64,000 bases of DNA from an uncultured Phycisphaerales bacterium (GCA_963844715.1 CAWJPJ010000004.1:1-64000), one strand, 5' to 3'; counted from the stretch's first letter, positions 32,744 to 44,101 are shown. Notes: generated from the sequence alone by a model not told the origin. Numbers and translations are program-made.

Positions 32744-32974
32744 CGTTGCTCGAATCAGTTCTCGGCGATTGGCCATTCTAAATTTCGACGATCAGAATCG
32801 ACAAAACGGGCGTAATTATCCAAGACGGCTTTTAACCTTCTGTTTACTGTCGCGCGTAGAGGCATGCCAATCGCAGCTGTACGTCCCGCGCAAGGTGGAG
32901 GCGTTTGGTGCGAAGGCGTTCGGTTTCGAAAATCGATTGATTCGAGTGCATCTTTTGCGCAAAGGAGAACGGTC

Positions 32975-33689
32975 GTGAAACAGCATATTAAGAATGTGGT
33001 TCTGGTCCATGGAGCTTTCGCCGACGGGTCCGGTTGGGAAGCTGTCGCTAACATCCTCAGGAATGACGGATACAAGGTGTCGGGTAGCGCAGCCCCCCGA
33101 GACGTCGTACGCTGATGACCAAAAGTACACGAAGGCCGCAATCGACGCCATGGACGGGCCGGTGGTTCTGGTGGGTCACAGTTACGGCGGGTCCATCATC
33201 ACCGAGGCCGGCAATCATCCAAAGGTGGCGGCGCTTGTCTATATTGCCGCGTTTGCGCTCGATGAAGGTGAGAGCTGTGCGTCGATCGAACAGGCCCTGC
33301 CGCAAGCCTCCAAGGCGTTCAAGTCGGACAGCAACGGACTCTGGTGGATAGACCAGGAGCATTTCGCGGCCGACTTTGCGGCGGACATTCCGCCGGAAAA
33401 GGCGGCGTTCATGGCTATATCGCAGGTGCCGATCTCCACCGACTCGTTTACCCACCCGGTTAGGTCACCCGCCTGGAAGACCAAGCCCACCTGGTACATG
33501 GTGGCGACCGCAGACCGATCGATCAATCCTGACCAGGAGCGGATGATGGCGAAGCGCGCTCGTGCCAAGACGGTCGAAGTGAATTCCAGCCATGTGGCCT
33601 ACATGTCTCACCCGAAGGAAGCGGCCAGGCTTATCGAGGAGGCTGCCACCTCTGCGCCCGTCAATCAACCGGCGGCAGTTTCGGTGTAG
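32975..33689 (+). CDS. Alpha/beta hydrolase (frameshift near 33082)
   Basis: VLVHGAFADGSGW, GHSYGG nucleophile elbow, DRSI, SSHV. Confidence 0.92.
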
Positions 33690-33792
33690 GGCTTCGCTCG
33701 CTGGGCGCATGGCGGCCAAGCTAAAACCGGCTCGCCGGAGAGAGGGCCTCCGACGATCCTCGTGATCGATGAAATGATGCCAGAGTAAACAG

Positions 33793-34473
33793 ATGAAACT
33801 GACTTACTACGGACATTCCTGTTTCTCTGTGTTGGCTGGCGGCAAAACATTGTTGTTTGACCCGTTCATTACACCCAATGAACGCGCCAGTTCTATTGAT
33901 GTCGATAAAGTTCCCGCCGACTATATTTTTATTTCGCACGGTCATTACGATCACATTTTTGATGCAGTCCGCATTGCCAAACGAACGGGAGCCAAAGTCT
34001 TGGGGAACTGGGAAATTTATGACTGGTTTAACAAAAATGGCCTCAAGAACACTCACCCGATCAATCCTGGCGGGCAATTCACTTTTGATTTTGGGATTGT
34101 AAAAAGTTTTATTGCCCAACATCCGAGCAGTTTTCCGGATGGCAGCTATGCGGGCGTCGCCTGTGGCTTTGCGTTTAAGACGCCGAGTGGCAGTTTTTAC
34201 TATAGTGGTGATACCGGACTCACATTGGATATGCAGTTGGTGCCATCCTGGGCGAAGCTCGATTTTGCAGTTCTGCCAATAGGTGACGGGTTGACGATGG
34301 GGGCGGAAGATGCGGCAAAAGCAGCTGGGTATGTGGGCGTGAAAAAGGTTCTCGGCGTTCATTACGATACGTTCGGATTCATAAAAATTGATCACTCCAA
34401 AGCCGTCGAGTGCTTTGCGAAGGCGGGCGTGAAACTTTGCTTGCAAGAGATCGGAAGCGAGATTGAATTTTGA
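33793..34473 (+). CDS. Metal-dependent hydrolase, metallo-beta-lactamase fold (UPF0173-like)
   Basis: YYGHSCF, DPF, SHGHYDH, SGDT, LPIGD, HYDTF. Confidence 0.92.
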   Translation: MKLTYYGHSCFSVLAGGKTLLFDPFITPNERASSIDVDKVPADYIFISHGHYDHIFDAVRIAKRTGAKVLGNWEIYDWFNKNGLKNTHPINPGGQFTFDFGIVKSFIAQHPSSFPDGSYAGVACGFAFKTPSGSFYYSGDTGLTLDMQLVPSWAKLDFAVLPIGDGLTMGAEDAAKAAGYVGVKKVLGVHYDTFGFIKIDHSKAVECFAKAGVKLCLQEIGSEIEF

Positions 34474-34506
34474 CGGCGGTGGCCGTGACTTTCGTTTGGC
34501 GGGGTT

Positions 34507-35541
34507 CTAGGGGAAGGCTTGGCCGGACGTGGGGGTCCATTTGTCGATGAGGGCCTGCAACTGGGGTTGATTGGGGTTCAGGTCGAGGCTGCGATGCCAG
34601 GTGAGGAGGGCCTGCTTGCGGACGTCCTCATCCAACTCCGCGCCCGCGACGTAACGGCGGATCAGAATCAGACCGGTTTGATTGAGGGCTTGCCAATAGT
34701 CGGGATTTCTGCGCAGCGCTTCGGCGTATTGGCGGTAGGCGTCGTCGTCCTCACCGTCGAGGACCAGGGCGTCGCCGTAGCGCTTGCGGGCCAGGGTGGT
34801 GTCGGAGAGCTTGATCTCGTCGCGCATGACGCCGACGGCGTCGCGGCCCCGGCCCTGGCGGATGAGGTTTCCGGCGAGGTTCATCATGGCGATCGAGGAC
34901 TTGGGATCCAATTCGACGGCGCTGCGATATTCCAATTCGGCGGCGGCGAGATCGCCGGTTGAGTCGAGGCAGACGCCGAGGTTTAGATGCGCCGCGGCGG
35001 AGTGGGGGTCAATCTGCACGGCCTGCTTCATCGTGGTCAGGGCGTCCGCCGGCTGACCCAGCGCCAGATAGACCAGGCCGAGGTTCATGGTCGAATTCAA
35101 ATCAGTCGGCTTAAGCTGCAAGGCCTTGAGGTAACAGCCGGCGGCTTCCTGGAGGCGGTCGAGGAACTGATAGGTGATTCCCAGGTTGTAATGATTTTCG
35201 TAATCATACGGGTCGAGTTTGACAGCGATTTCGTAATGGACCTGCGCCGAGTTGTAATCGGCGCGGCTGCGATAGATGTTGCCCAGGATGACGTGGGCCA
35301 TTGTCAGGTCGGGGTTTTCCTGCACGGCCTGGGTGAGTTCGGTGACGGCGGTGTCGGTGTCGCCGGCCTGATAGGCGGTGGCGCCGCGGATGTATTCCTC
35401 GGTGCCCGCCTGCGGGGCGGCGGCGCCGCTTTCTCCGTGGTGGAGCAGGCAACCCGTATTCAGGAGACAGAGGCCGGCAATCGCGGTTCCGGCGACGAAT
35501 CGGGCGACCAGACGGGCAAGAGCGCTTCCGTGAGTCATCAT
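34507..35541 (-). CDS. TPR-repeat lipoprotein
   Basis: LNTGC lipobox; multiple TPR units (HYNLGITY, MNLGLVY, HLNLGVCL). Confidence 0.88.
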   Translation of the reverse strand: MMTHGSALARLVARFVAGTAIAGLCLLNTGCLLHHGESGAAAPQAGTEEYIRGATAYQAGDTDTAVTELTQAVQENPDLTMAHVILGNIYRSRADYNSAQVHYEIAVKLDPYDYENHYNLGITYQFLDRLQEAAGCYLKALQLKPTDLNSTMNLGLVYLALGQPADALTTMKQAVQIDPHSAAAHLNLGVCLDSTGDLAAAELEYRSAVELDPKSSIAMMNLAGNLIRQGRGRDAVGVMRDEIKLSDTTLARKRYGDALVLDGEDDDAYRQYAEALRRNPDYWQALNQTGLILIRRYVAGAELDEDVRKQALLTWHRSLDLNPNQPQLQALIDKWTPTSGQAFP

Positions 35542-35719
35542 GTGAGGGGTTGGTTTAAATCTTTCGACAGACTCTTAAATCGGCGGTTGACGATGGTTTA
35601 CGCCAGTTCTACTATGAATCGAGTTTCCGCCGCCGGCAAGGATTGCGTCCCATAAACGCATGGCGGTGGCGTCAACATAAATAAGGTTTTCGCGGTCATA
35701 AAGTTGCGAGGAGCTTATC

Positions 35720-36454
35720 GTGAAGTTGCTCATTGCCGTGCCGGTTTATAACGAAATCAAGTACGTTGGTCACGTGCTGGACAAGATTAAGCATTTTTGG
35801 CCGGAAGTGTTAGTCGTGGACGACGGAAGCGACGATGGAACGGGACCGATGCTGGCGGCGCGGAGCGATATCCGGGTGATTCGGCACGGGAGCAATCGGG
35901 GATATGGGCAAAGCCTGATTGACGCGTTCGCCTTTGCGGATCGCGCGGGTTATGAGTGGGTTTTGACGATGGATTGCGATGAGCAGCACGAGCCGGAGAT
36001 GATCCCTGAGTTCATCAAGCACATTCAGACGGACAAATGGGATTTGATCAGCGGGTCGCGGTATTTGCATCCGCGGGGAGATGACGACCTGCCGCCGACG
36101 GACCGGCGGGCGATCAATGTGACGATCACTACAATTTTGAACGACCTTTTTAATCTGGGTTTGACGGACGCATTTTGCGGATTTAAGGCGCATCGGGTTT
36201 CGGGTTTGCGCAAGTTGCATCTGGATGTGGCGGGCTATGCATTTCCGGTGCAGCTCTGGCCGCAAGTGGCGGCGGCGAATCTGCGCGTGACGGAGCTTCC
36301 GGTGCGGCTGATCTACAATGATCCGACACGGCATTTCGGCGGCGAACTGGACGATGCGGGCATTCGGCTCAAGCACTATCTGCAAGTGCTGAACCGGGAA
36401 GTCACCAAACTCACCGACCGAACGCCGGAGCCGATTGGCTGCGGCTGCGAATAA
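35720..36454 (+). CDS. Glycosyltransferase family 2 (DPM1-like)
   Basis: PVYNE, VDDGSDDG, NRGYG, TMDCD, TDAFCGFKA. Confidence 0.92.
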   Translation: MKLLIAVPVYNEIKYVGHVLDKIKHFWPEVLVVDDGSDDGTGPMLAARSDIRVIRHGSNRGYGQSLIDAFAFADRAGYEWVLTMDCDEQHEPEMIPEFIKHIQTDKWDLISGSRYLHPRGDDDLPPTDRRAINVTITTILNDLFNLGLTDAFCGFKAHRVSGLRKLHLDVAGYAFPVQLWPQVAAANLRVTELPVRLIYNDPTRHFGGELDDAGIRLKHYLQVLNREVTKLTDRTPEPIGCGCE

Positions 36455-36463
36455 ATTCAACCT

Positions 36464-37972
36464 ATGATCCGGGGATTTTCGTCCTATCCCGACTGGAAAG
36501 CGCCGGGCGAAGACTCGGGTTTGCTGATCTGGCCCGAGCCGGCCGATCTCCTCAAACAAACTCTGGAAAATCGAAAGGCGCTTGCCGGGCAGACCGCGCC
36601 GGTGGCCGGTGGCGTGCCGCTGAATGAGCTGCGCCACGAGATGCGAAAGTGGCTGCATCTTGCAGATGATTTGCCTCTTTTTGTTACGGCGCATCAGACG
36701 GAGCTTTACCACGCGGGGGTCTGGTCGAAGCTGGCGCTGGCGGCGGCGGCGGTGGGAAGAATCGGGGCGGAATCGATCATGATCGGGGTGGATACGGATG
36801 CTCCGAAGCATTTGAATCTGCGCTGGCCGCGATTTTCCGCGCCGATTACGGATGATCCGAATCTGGGCGTGTCGGCGTGGAGCGGATTGGTCGCGGGGCC
36901 CACGCCCAAGCATCTGGCGGAATTGACGGGCGCGCTCAAATCGGCGGCGGAGCAGTGGTCGTTTAAGCCGATGGCTTTGGAGTTTCTGGCGGAAATGACG
37001 CGGCGATCGATCGATCAGCCGGGGCTGTCTCCAGGAATCACTGAGGCGATGCAGAAATTGGATTGGGAGCTGGGACTGCGGCATCAGTCTTTGATCGCGT
37101 CGCCGATTTTTGGAAGTCTTCCCTATCTGGCGATTACGCATCATCTGCTGGCGCGGGCGGGGGAATTCGCGCAAGTTTACAACCGCGCGCTGGCCGAATA
37201 TCGCGCGGCGCACGGCATTCACACCGGGGCGCGGCCGATGCCCGATCTGCAAATCCTGGCGAACAGCGTCGAAGTGCCGTTCTGGATGGATGATTTGAGG
37301 ACGGGGTATCGGTCTCGGCCGCATGTTATTCATGATCAACACGGTTGGAAGATTATCGCCTGCGGGCAGACTCTGCGGCTCGATCCGAAATCGGGCGGAT
37401 GGGCCGGAGCGGAGGAATTGCAAAAGTTCCTGCAAGGGTGCGGCGCGCGGATCTCGCCGCGGGCGCTGACGCTGACGCTGGTGATCCGATTGCTGGTCGC
37501 GGATCAATTCATTCACGGGATCGGCGGCGGGCGCTACGATCAGGTGACGGATCAGGTGATCGCGAGATTTTTCGGGATCGAGCCGCCGCCGTTCGCGGTG
37601 ACGACGGCGACGTTGTATTTCCCCACGGCGGTGGGGCGGAGGCGGCCTTGTCTTCCCTGCCTGGCGCATGAGGGGCATCAACTTCGGCATCGCGTGCTGG
37701 AGGAAAAGAAGGCCGATTTGGTGCGGCTGATCGAACAGTCGCCGCGGAAATCGGCGCAGAGGCAGAAGGCGTTTTCGATGATGCAATCGATGCTGGCGGC
37801 GGCGGCAGCGGAGCATCCGAAAATTCAGGATTGGCAAACCCGGGTCGCCGAGGCGAATCGAGTGAATCTTGAAGATTCGGTTTTGTTTGATCGGGAGTAT
37901 TTTTATGGGATGCAGCCGAGGGAACGACTGGTGAGGATAATCGACAGTTATGCGAAAAGATTTGCCGAATAA
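36464..37972 (+). CDS. Conserved hypothetical protein, possibly a distant BshC-like ligase
   Basis: 502-aa intact ORF 10 bp after the GT2; HQTELYHAGVWSK, FIHGIGGGRYD, REYFY motifs and a coiled-coil insert. Confidence 0.7.
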   Translation: MIRGFSSYPDWKAPGEDSGLLIWPEPADLLKQTLENRKALAGQTAPVAGGVPLNELRHEMRKWLHLADDLPLFVTAHQTELYHAGVWSKLALAAAAVGRIGAESIMIGVDTDAPKHLNLRWPRFSAPITDDPNLGVSAWSGLVAGPTPKHLAELTGALKSAAEQWSFKPMALEFLAEMTRRSIDQPGLSPGITEAMQKLDWELGLRHQSLIASPIFGSLPYLAITHHLLARAGEFAQVYNRALAEYRAAHGIHTGARPMPDLQILANSVEVPFWMDDLRTGYRSRPHVIHDQHGWKIIACGQTLRLDPKSGGWAGAEELQKFLQGCGARISPRALTLTLVIRLLVADQFIHGIGGGRYDQVTDQVIARFFGIEPPPFAVTTATLYFPTAVGRRRPCLPCLAHEGHQLRHRVLEEKKADLVRLIEQSPRKSAQRQKAFSMMQSMLAAAAAEHPKIQDWQTRVAEANRVNLEDSVLFDREYFYGMQPRERLVRIIDSYAKRFAE

Positions 37973-38146
37973 CTACTTTTCGCAAACCTCATCTTCGAGC
38001 AACATTTCTATGACTTCGCGCAGATTTCGGTTGAGTTCGTCGAGTGTTGCGCCTTGGGAATGCGCTCCCGCGAAGCCCGGGACGTAACCGACGAGCAGGC
38101 CGGTTTCAGGATCTTTTTCCACGATGGCCGTGAATGTCGCCTTCAT
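37973..38146 (-). CDS. HicB-family antitoxin-like protein, 57 aa (not in the ORF track)
   Basis: Hand translation MKATFTAIVEKDPETGLLVGYVPGFAGAHSQGATLDELNRNLREVIEMLLEDEVCEK matches the HicB N-domain pattern. Confidence 0.85.
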   Translation of the reverse strand: MKATFTAIVEKDPETGLLVGYVPGFAGAHSQGATLDELNRNLREVIEMLLEDEVCEK

Positions 38147-38153
38147 TACCGCG

Positions 38154-38162
38154 ATTATAGCA
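38154..38162 (-). promoter_or_regulatory. Extended -10 element for the hicB-like gene
   Basis: TGCTATAAT 7 nt before the ATG, no Shine-Dalgarno. Confidence 0.6.
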
Positions 38163-38239
38163 AATTAAGGGGTCGTCGGCGAGTTTGTTAAGCGGCGTGC
38201 GGGCCTCTAAAATGCAGGGCTCGTATTGCGGAACGCCGT

Positions 38240-40027
38240 ATGCAGATTCGTAATTTTTCGATCATTGCCCATATCGATCATGGGAAGAGCACGTTGTCGG
38301 ACCGGCTGCTGATGCGCGCCGGGGCGATCACGGAGCGCGAATTCAAGGAACAGATTCTGGACGATATGGACCTGGAGCGGGAGCGGGGGATCACGATCAA
38401 GGCGTCGGCGGTGACGGTGTTTCATACTGTTGATGGGGAAGAGTTCATGCTCAACTTCATCGATACGCCGGGGCATGTGGATTTTCATTACGAAGTGCAA
38501 AAGGCCCTTCAGGCGTGCGAAGGGGCGATTCTGGTGGTGGACGCGACGCAGGGGGTTCAGGCGCAGACGGTTGCCAATGCGTACGCGGCGCTCGAGGCTG
38601 GGTTGGAGATCATTCCAGTTATCAACAAGATCGATCTGGCGAGTGCTCAGCCGGTGCAGGTGGCGGAGGAAATCGAGCAGATTCTCGGATTCCCGGCGGA
38701 GGATACGCTGCTGGTTTCCGCCAAGACGGGGCAGGGGATCGATGAGTTGCTGGATCTGCTGTGCCGGAAGCTGCCGGCCCCGCGCGGGGACCCGAACGCG
38801 CCGACGCGGGCGCTGATTTTCGACAGCATTTACGACGATTATCGCGGCGTGATTGTTTACGTGCGCGTGGTGGACGGGGAACTGGTCAAGGGGCAGAAAA
38901 TTCGGCTTATGGGCGTGGACAAGCAGTACCAGATCACGGATCTGGCGAAGCTGATGCCGCGGCCGAAGCAAGTGGAAAAGATCGGGACGGGGGAAGTGGG
39001 ATTTCTGGTCGCGGCGATCAAGGATTTACACGACGTGCGGGTGGGCGACACGGTGACGGACGCGGGCAATCCCGCGAAGGAGGCGCTGCCGGGTTATAAG
39101 CCGATCCAGCAGATGGTTTATTGCGATTTTTATCCCGGCGGGAGCACGCAATACGACCAGCTTCGCGACGCGATGGACCGGTTGCAGCTCAACGACAGCA
39201 GTTTTACGTTCGCGCCGGAGTCATCGGATGCGCTGGGATTTGGATTTCGCTGCGGATTCCTGGGTCTTTTGCACATGGAGATCATTCAGGAGCGGCTGGA
39301 GAGGGAATTTCATATCGAGGTGATTCAGACGGCGCCGACGGTGACGTACGAAATCAAGCTCACGGACGGCAGCGTGATGCGGATCGATGCGCCAAGCGAG
39401 CTGCCGAACCCGACGCAGGTGGAGGAGATTCGCGAGCCGTATATTTTGATGAATTTGATTCTGCCGGGCGACAGCGTGGGGGCGCTGATGAAATTGTGCG
39501 AGGACCGGCGGGGGGTTTACAAGAAGACGGAATATATTGGGGCGTCGCGGGTGATTCTGGTTTATGAATTGCCGCTGGCGGAGGTGATTTACGATTTTTA
39601 CGACCGGCTGAAGAGCGCGACGCGCGGGTATGGCACGATGGATTACGATCTGATCGGGTTCCGGGTGGGTGATCTTGTGAAGATGGATATTCTGGTCAAC
39701 GGGGATCGGGTGGATGCGCTGAGCGTCATCGTTCATCGCGATCACGCCGAGCAGCGGGGGAGGAAATTGCTGGTGCGGCTCAAGGAGGAGATCGCTCGGC
39801 ATCTGTTTGAGATTCCGCTTCAGGCGGCGATTGGCGGGAAGATCATCGCCCGCGAAACCATCAAATCGGTGGGCAAGAACGTCACGGCCAAGTGCTACGG
39901 CGGGGACGTGACGCGCAAGCGAAAACTGCTGGAAAAACAAAAAGAGGGAAAGAAGCGGATGAAGCGGGTGGGAAGCGTGGATATTCCGCAGGAAGCGTTC
40001 ATGGCGATTTTGGAGAGCGGGGAGTAA
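38240..40027 (+). CDS. lepA: Elongation factor 4 (LepA)
   Basis: [53 protein letters not shown]. Confidence 0.98.
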   Translation: MQIRNFSIIAHIDHGKSTLSDRLLMRAGAITEREFKEQILDDMDLERERGITIKASAVTVFHTVDGEEFMLNFIDTPGHVDFHYEVQKALQACEGAILVVDATQGVQAQTVANAYAALEAGLEIIPVINKIDLASAQPVQVAEEIEQILGFPAEDTLLVSAKTGQGIDELLDLLCRKLPAPRGDPNAPTRALIFDSIYDDYRGVIVYVRVVDGELVKGQKIRLMGVDKQYQITDLAKLMPRPKQVEKIGTGEVGFLVAAIKDLHDVRVGDTVTDAGNPAKEALPGYKPIQQMVYCDFYPGGSTQYDQLRDAMDRLQLNDSSFTFAPESSDALGFGFRCGFLGLLHMEIIQERLEREFHIEVIQTAPTVTYEIKLTDGSVMRIDAPSELPNPTQVEEIREPYILMNLILPGDSVGALMKLCEDRRGVYKKTEYIGASRVILVYELPLAEVIYDFYDRLKSATRGYGTMDYDLIGFRVGDLVKMDILVNGDRVDALSVIVHRDHAEQRGRKLLVRLKEEIARHLFEIPLQAAIGGKIIARETIKSVGKNVTAKCYGGDVTRKRKLLEKQKEGKKRMKRVGSVDIPQEAFMAILESGE

Positions 40028-40042
40028 CGGTATCATCGGCGC

Positions 40043-42086
40043 ATGGTGGCGGCGGAATTGGGAAATCGACGAGCGATTAGCCAAGGCGCAGCAACTGCGC
40101 CGGGACAAGCGGTGGGGCGAGGCGGAGTCCATCTGCCGGGAAATTCTGGAGATCGAGCCGAACGAATCGGAGGCGCTGCACCTGCTGGCGCTGCTGTTGT
40201 CGCTTCAGGGGCGGCGGGAGGAGGCGATTCCCGTTTATCGCAGGGCGCTGGTCGAGCGGCAGGATATCCCGGAGGCTTGGGTGAACCTCGGGGCGGCGCT
40301 GCGGGCGACGGGGAAAGTGGAAGAGGCGGCGGCCGCGCTGCAGAAGGCGATTGACCTGCGCGGGGATCTATTCGAGGCGTGGTTTAATCTGGGCAATGCG
40401 CGGATGGAGTTGAAGCAGCGGAACGCCGCCGCGGAGGCGTTCGCGGTTGCGGGGCGATTGCGGCCGGATGTTGCCGAGGCGTGGCTGAATCTGGGGGCGG
40501 CGAAATTGCATGAGGGCGCGGCGGTGGAGGCGGTGGAGGCATTCAATCGCGCCACGGCGGTAAAGCCGGAGCTTTCGGCCGCATGGATCAACGCCGGGGC
40601 TGCTCTTTTGATTTTGGGAAGAGACGGGCAGGCGGTCGAATACCTGCGTCGCGGGATTGAGCTTGATCCCGGGAATGGCGAGGCGTACGCGCATTTGGCG
40701 GCGGCTTTGAGAAAGACGGGTCAGTACGCGGCTGCTGCCGAGGCGCTGCGGCGGGCGGTTTCGCTGTGGCCGAATAATGGAGATGCGCTGGTGAAACTGA
40801 GCGCCCTCTTGCAGGACCTGGGGCTGATGTCCGAATCGCTGAAATGGTGCGAGAAATATCTGGCGATGAATCCCGCCGATGTCGACATCGCCAGTTACCG
40901 GCTTTGCCTGCTGCATTTGGTTCCGGGGTATACGCAGGAGAGGATTTTTCAGGAGCACTTGGATTGGGACAAGCGATTTGGGGCGAAGACACGCGGGCCG
41001 CTTCCGAAGCGTGCGGATCACCGGCGGTTGCGGATCGGGTATGTGTCGCCGGATTTTCGATTGCACTCGGTGTCGTTTTTTCTTGAGGCGCTATTGGAGC
41101 GGCATGACACGCAGAGTTTCGAGATTTATTGCTATAGCGACGTGGCGCGCCCGGACGACGTGACGGCACGGTTCAGGGGGCGCTGCCGGAACTGGCGGGA
41201 AATCGCCGGACGCGGCAATGACGAAGTTGCGGAAATCATCCGGGGAGATGAGATCGATATTCTGGTCGATCTCGCTGGGCACACGGCGGACAACCGGCTG
41301 GAGGTTTTTTCGCGGCGCATCGCGCCGGTTCAGGTGACTTATCTGGGGTATCCGGGATCGACGGGGTTGAAAGAGATGGATTTTCGGCTGACGGACGCCT
41401 GGGCCGATCCGCCGGGGAAGACGGAGCGGTATTGCACGGAGCGATTGATTCGCCTGCCGCGGACGGTGGCGTGCTATCGCGCTTGGGAGAAATGCCCGCC
41501 GCCGGGGCGATTGCGGCGCGCGAAGCCGACGTTCGGATGCTTCACTGTGCTGCGCAAAGTGGGGGATGAAGTATTGAATGCGTGGGGAGAAATTCTGGCG
41601 AGAGTTCCGGGGTCGAAATTTTTTCTGGGAGCGATCGGATTGGGGGATCAGGCCGTGCGAGGGAGAATCATCGACGCTCTGGGCAAATATGGAATTGGCG
41701 CGGATCGGCTGATTTTTCAGGATGTCCTTCCGATGGACAAATATTTCGCGGTGCATCATGAGATCGATCTGTATCTCGACACGTTCCCGGTGAACGGGCA
41801 CACGGTTGTTTGCCACGCCTTGTGGATGGGTGTTCCGGTGATCAATCTGGCGGGGGAGGTTTATTGCCAGAGGCTGGGGGCGAGCGTTTTGAATAATCTG
41901 GGGCTGGGAGATTGGGCGGTCGATTCGGCGCAGAAATACATTGATCTGGCCGTGCAATTGGCGGGCGATTTGCCGAAAATGGATTTGCGCGAGCGGATGA
42001 AAAATTCACCGGTAATGCACGCGGAACAATTCGCGCGGGACGTCGAGCAGGCCTATCGAGAAATGTGGGCTGCTACCGCTCGGTGA
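40043..42086 (+). CDS. TPR plus SPINDLY/O-GlcNAc transferase-like (GT41) protein (frameshift near 40075)
   Basis: TPR array, then RLRIGYVSPDFRLHSV, IDILVDLAGHT, YLGYPGSTG, LDTFP, LWMGVPV. Confidence 0.9.
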
Positions 42087-43170
42087 CGGTGAATGAAACC
42101 TGGGGATTCTCGCCCGGGGCGAGGCGGACATCGGGTGGCAAGCCCAGAATTATCAGATCCTTCATCCTGGGGTTTTTCACGTCGTCGCTGTTGATCTGCA
42201 ACGCCGCGATCGGATGCACCTGGTGCTGGGCAATCTCGTCGATTTTGTCGGGCGGACCGACCAGCTTCACGGCCGGGTAAATGGGCGGGTCGAAGCCGAT
42301 CTTGTAATCGTTGACGACCACATTGTCAGCCATGAGAAGGATCGGAAGATTCGTCGCGGTGTAAGTGACGTCGGATTCCTTTACGGTCAGGGTTGCCTGC
42401 ACGGTTTGGGGATCGATGGTGACGCCTTCGGCGTCCGGGGGAATTAGAGAGACGGAGACCGGCGCGTGCTGTCCTGGCGAGTTCAGCATCGGCAAATTGG
42501 TGATGTCCGCGACGACCGAAAGGTGACCCTTTTCACTGGTGATGCGATCGAGCGCCTGGCTCGGCCCGGTTATCCTGATGGTGGGGGGCGTGAAGATCGC
42601 CGTTTCCACACTGAGCAATCCCGGCGGGGCTTCCACGGGAACTTCGCGGGTGACGAGTTTGTCCACAAATACGCGAAGGAAAGCCGGCGAGGCTTTTTGC
42701 ACGGTGATGCCGAGGTCCTTGAAGCGCCGGTCGTTTTCGATGTTGGGGAGGGTTTCGATCTCGTGCTCGCCGAGGGGAATCGACGGATCGATCGACACGA
42801 TCAGGGGATTGCCGGGTGCGAGCGATTCGCTGATTCGGTCGAGATTCGATTGCGGCCCCCAAAGATCGCAGGTGATCAACTTCTCGGGCGGGCTGAGCAG
42901 GGTGACAACCCGCGAGGGGTCGGTGCTTTGGATTTCGATGCTGGCCGAGACGTCCTGCTTGCCGACTTCCTGCCCCTGCTCGGCGTAGATCCAGATCAGG
43001 AGGGTCAGGGGAGCGACCCAGGCGAGCGTCCACAGGAACGATTTGATGTTTTCGCGGGTGAAGCCTTCGCGGATTCGCTGCATTTCCTCGGTGGCTTTGC
43101 GCGCGTAATAATCGACGATCAGGGGCCGATGTCGGTGAGGTGAGGAGTTTGGGGGGAGCGGGTTTTCCAT
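42073..43170 (-). CDS. CdaR/YbbR-like membrane-anchored protein
   Basis: Directly downstream of the diadenylate cyclase; one TM (LTLLIWIYA) and repeated P..V.ITGP beta domains. Confidence 0.7.
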   Translation of the reverse strand: MENPLPPNSSPHRHRPLIVDYYARKATEEMQRIREGFTRENIKSFLWTLAWVAPLTLLIWIYAEQGQEVGKQDVSASIEIQSTDPSRVVTLLSPPEKLITCDLWGPQSNLDRISESLAPGNPLIVSIDPSIPLGEHEIETLPNIENDRRFKDLGITVQKASPAFLRVFVDKLVTREVPVEAPPGLLSVETAIFTPPTIRITGPSQALDRITSEKGHLSVVADITNLPMLNSPGQHAPVSVSLIPPDAEGVTIDPQTVQATLTVKESDVTYTATNLPILLMADNVVVNDYKIGFDPPIYPAVKLVGPPDKIDEIAQHQVHPIAALQINSDDVKNPRMKDLIILGLPPDVRLAPGENPQVSFTVTER

Positions 43171-43183
43171 GACTTTGGCGCAG

Positions 43184-44022
43184 TTATGCCGCTACCTTTT
43201 TTTTCCCGACTTCGGCGACAGTGCCGCGCGAGAGAAGTTCGATGAGCAAGCCGCGCAGGGCGTCGGGGGTGAGTTTGCGGATGAGTTTTCCGCTTTCGGC
43301 GATGCTGATGTCGCCGGTTTCCTCCGACACGACAATGACGATGGCGTCGCTCTCCTGGCTCATGCCGACGGCGGCACGATGGCGGCTGCCCAGCTCGCGT
43401 TCCAATTCGCCGCTTTCGGCCAGGGGAAATTGCACGCCGGCGAAGGCGATGCGTCCCTGGCTGATCACCACGCCCAGATCGTGCAGCGGGCTGTTCGGCC
43501 AGAAGATCGTGTTGAGCAGATCGGCGGTGAGATCGGCGTTGACGCGCGTGGCGCTCTCGGCAAAGCCGACGAGGCCGACTTCGCGCTCGATGGCGATCAG
43601 GCCGCCGATTTTCGGCGCGAGAGGAAGGTGGCGGATTCGACGAGTTGCTCGATGTCTTCATTGATCTGCTGAGTCCAGCCCCGGAAAAGGCGGGTTTCAC
43701 CGAGGCGCATCAGGGCGCGGCGGAGTTCCGGCTGGAAGACGACCGCCAGGGCGAACGAGGCGAAGAGGAGAACCTTTTCGTAAAGAAAGATGATCGGGTC
43801 GAGCTTGAAGACTTTTCCGACCAGATTGATGATCAGATAGAACCCGATGAGTACGACGGCGATGCCCTTGAGCATGCGGACGCCGCGGGTGCCCTCGAGG
43901 AAGCGAATGATCCAAAAGACGACGGCTCCGATGAGGAGCAACTGGATCGCCACCTGCCACCAACTATACCCCGAAAGAGAGCGTAAGAATGTGGTGAAGT
44001 TGTTGTGTAGATCAGGGTTCAT
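43184..44022 (-). CDS. cdaA: Diadenylate cyclase CdaA/DacA (frameshift near 43603)
   Basis: Three N-terminal TMs, VFQPELRRAL, PLHDLG, GSRHRAA, VVSEETG. Confidence 0.9.
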
Positions 44023-44101
44023 TCGCTAGCGAAACTCGATCCCGATGCGGTTTTCCCGCATGTTCTCATGGAACTATATAAACAAACCGGCAATCGGACC
44101 A

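Noticed and set aside
35810..37837. 675-aa antisense ORF and other long opposite-strand ORFs
   Set aside because: Shadow frames of real genes in high-GC DNA; Arg/Pro-rich with no motifs
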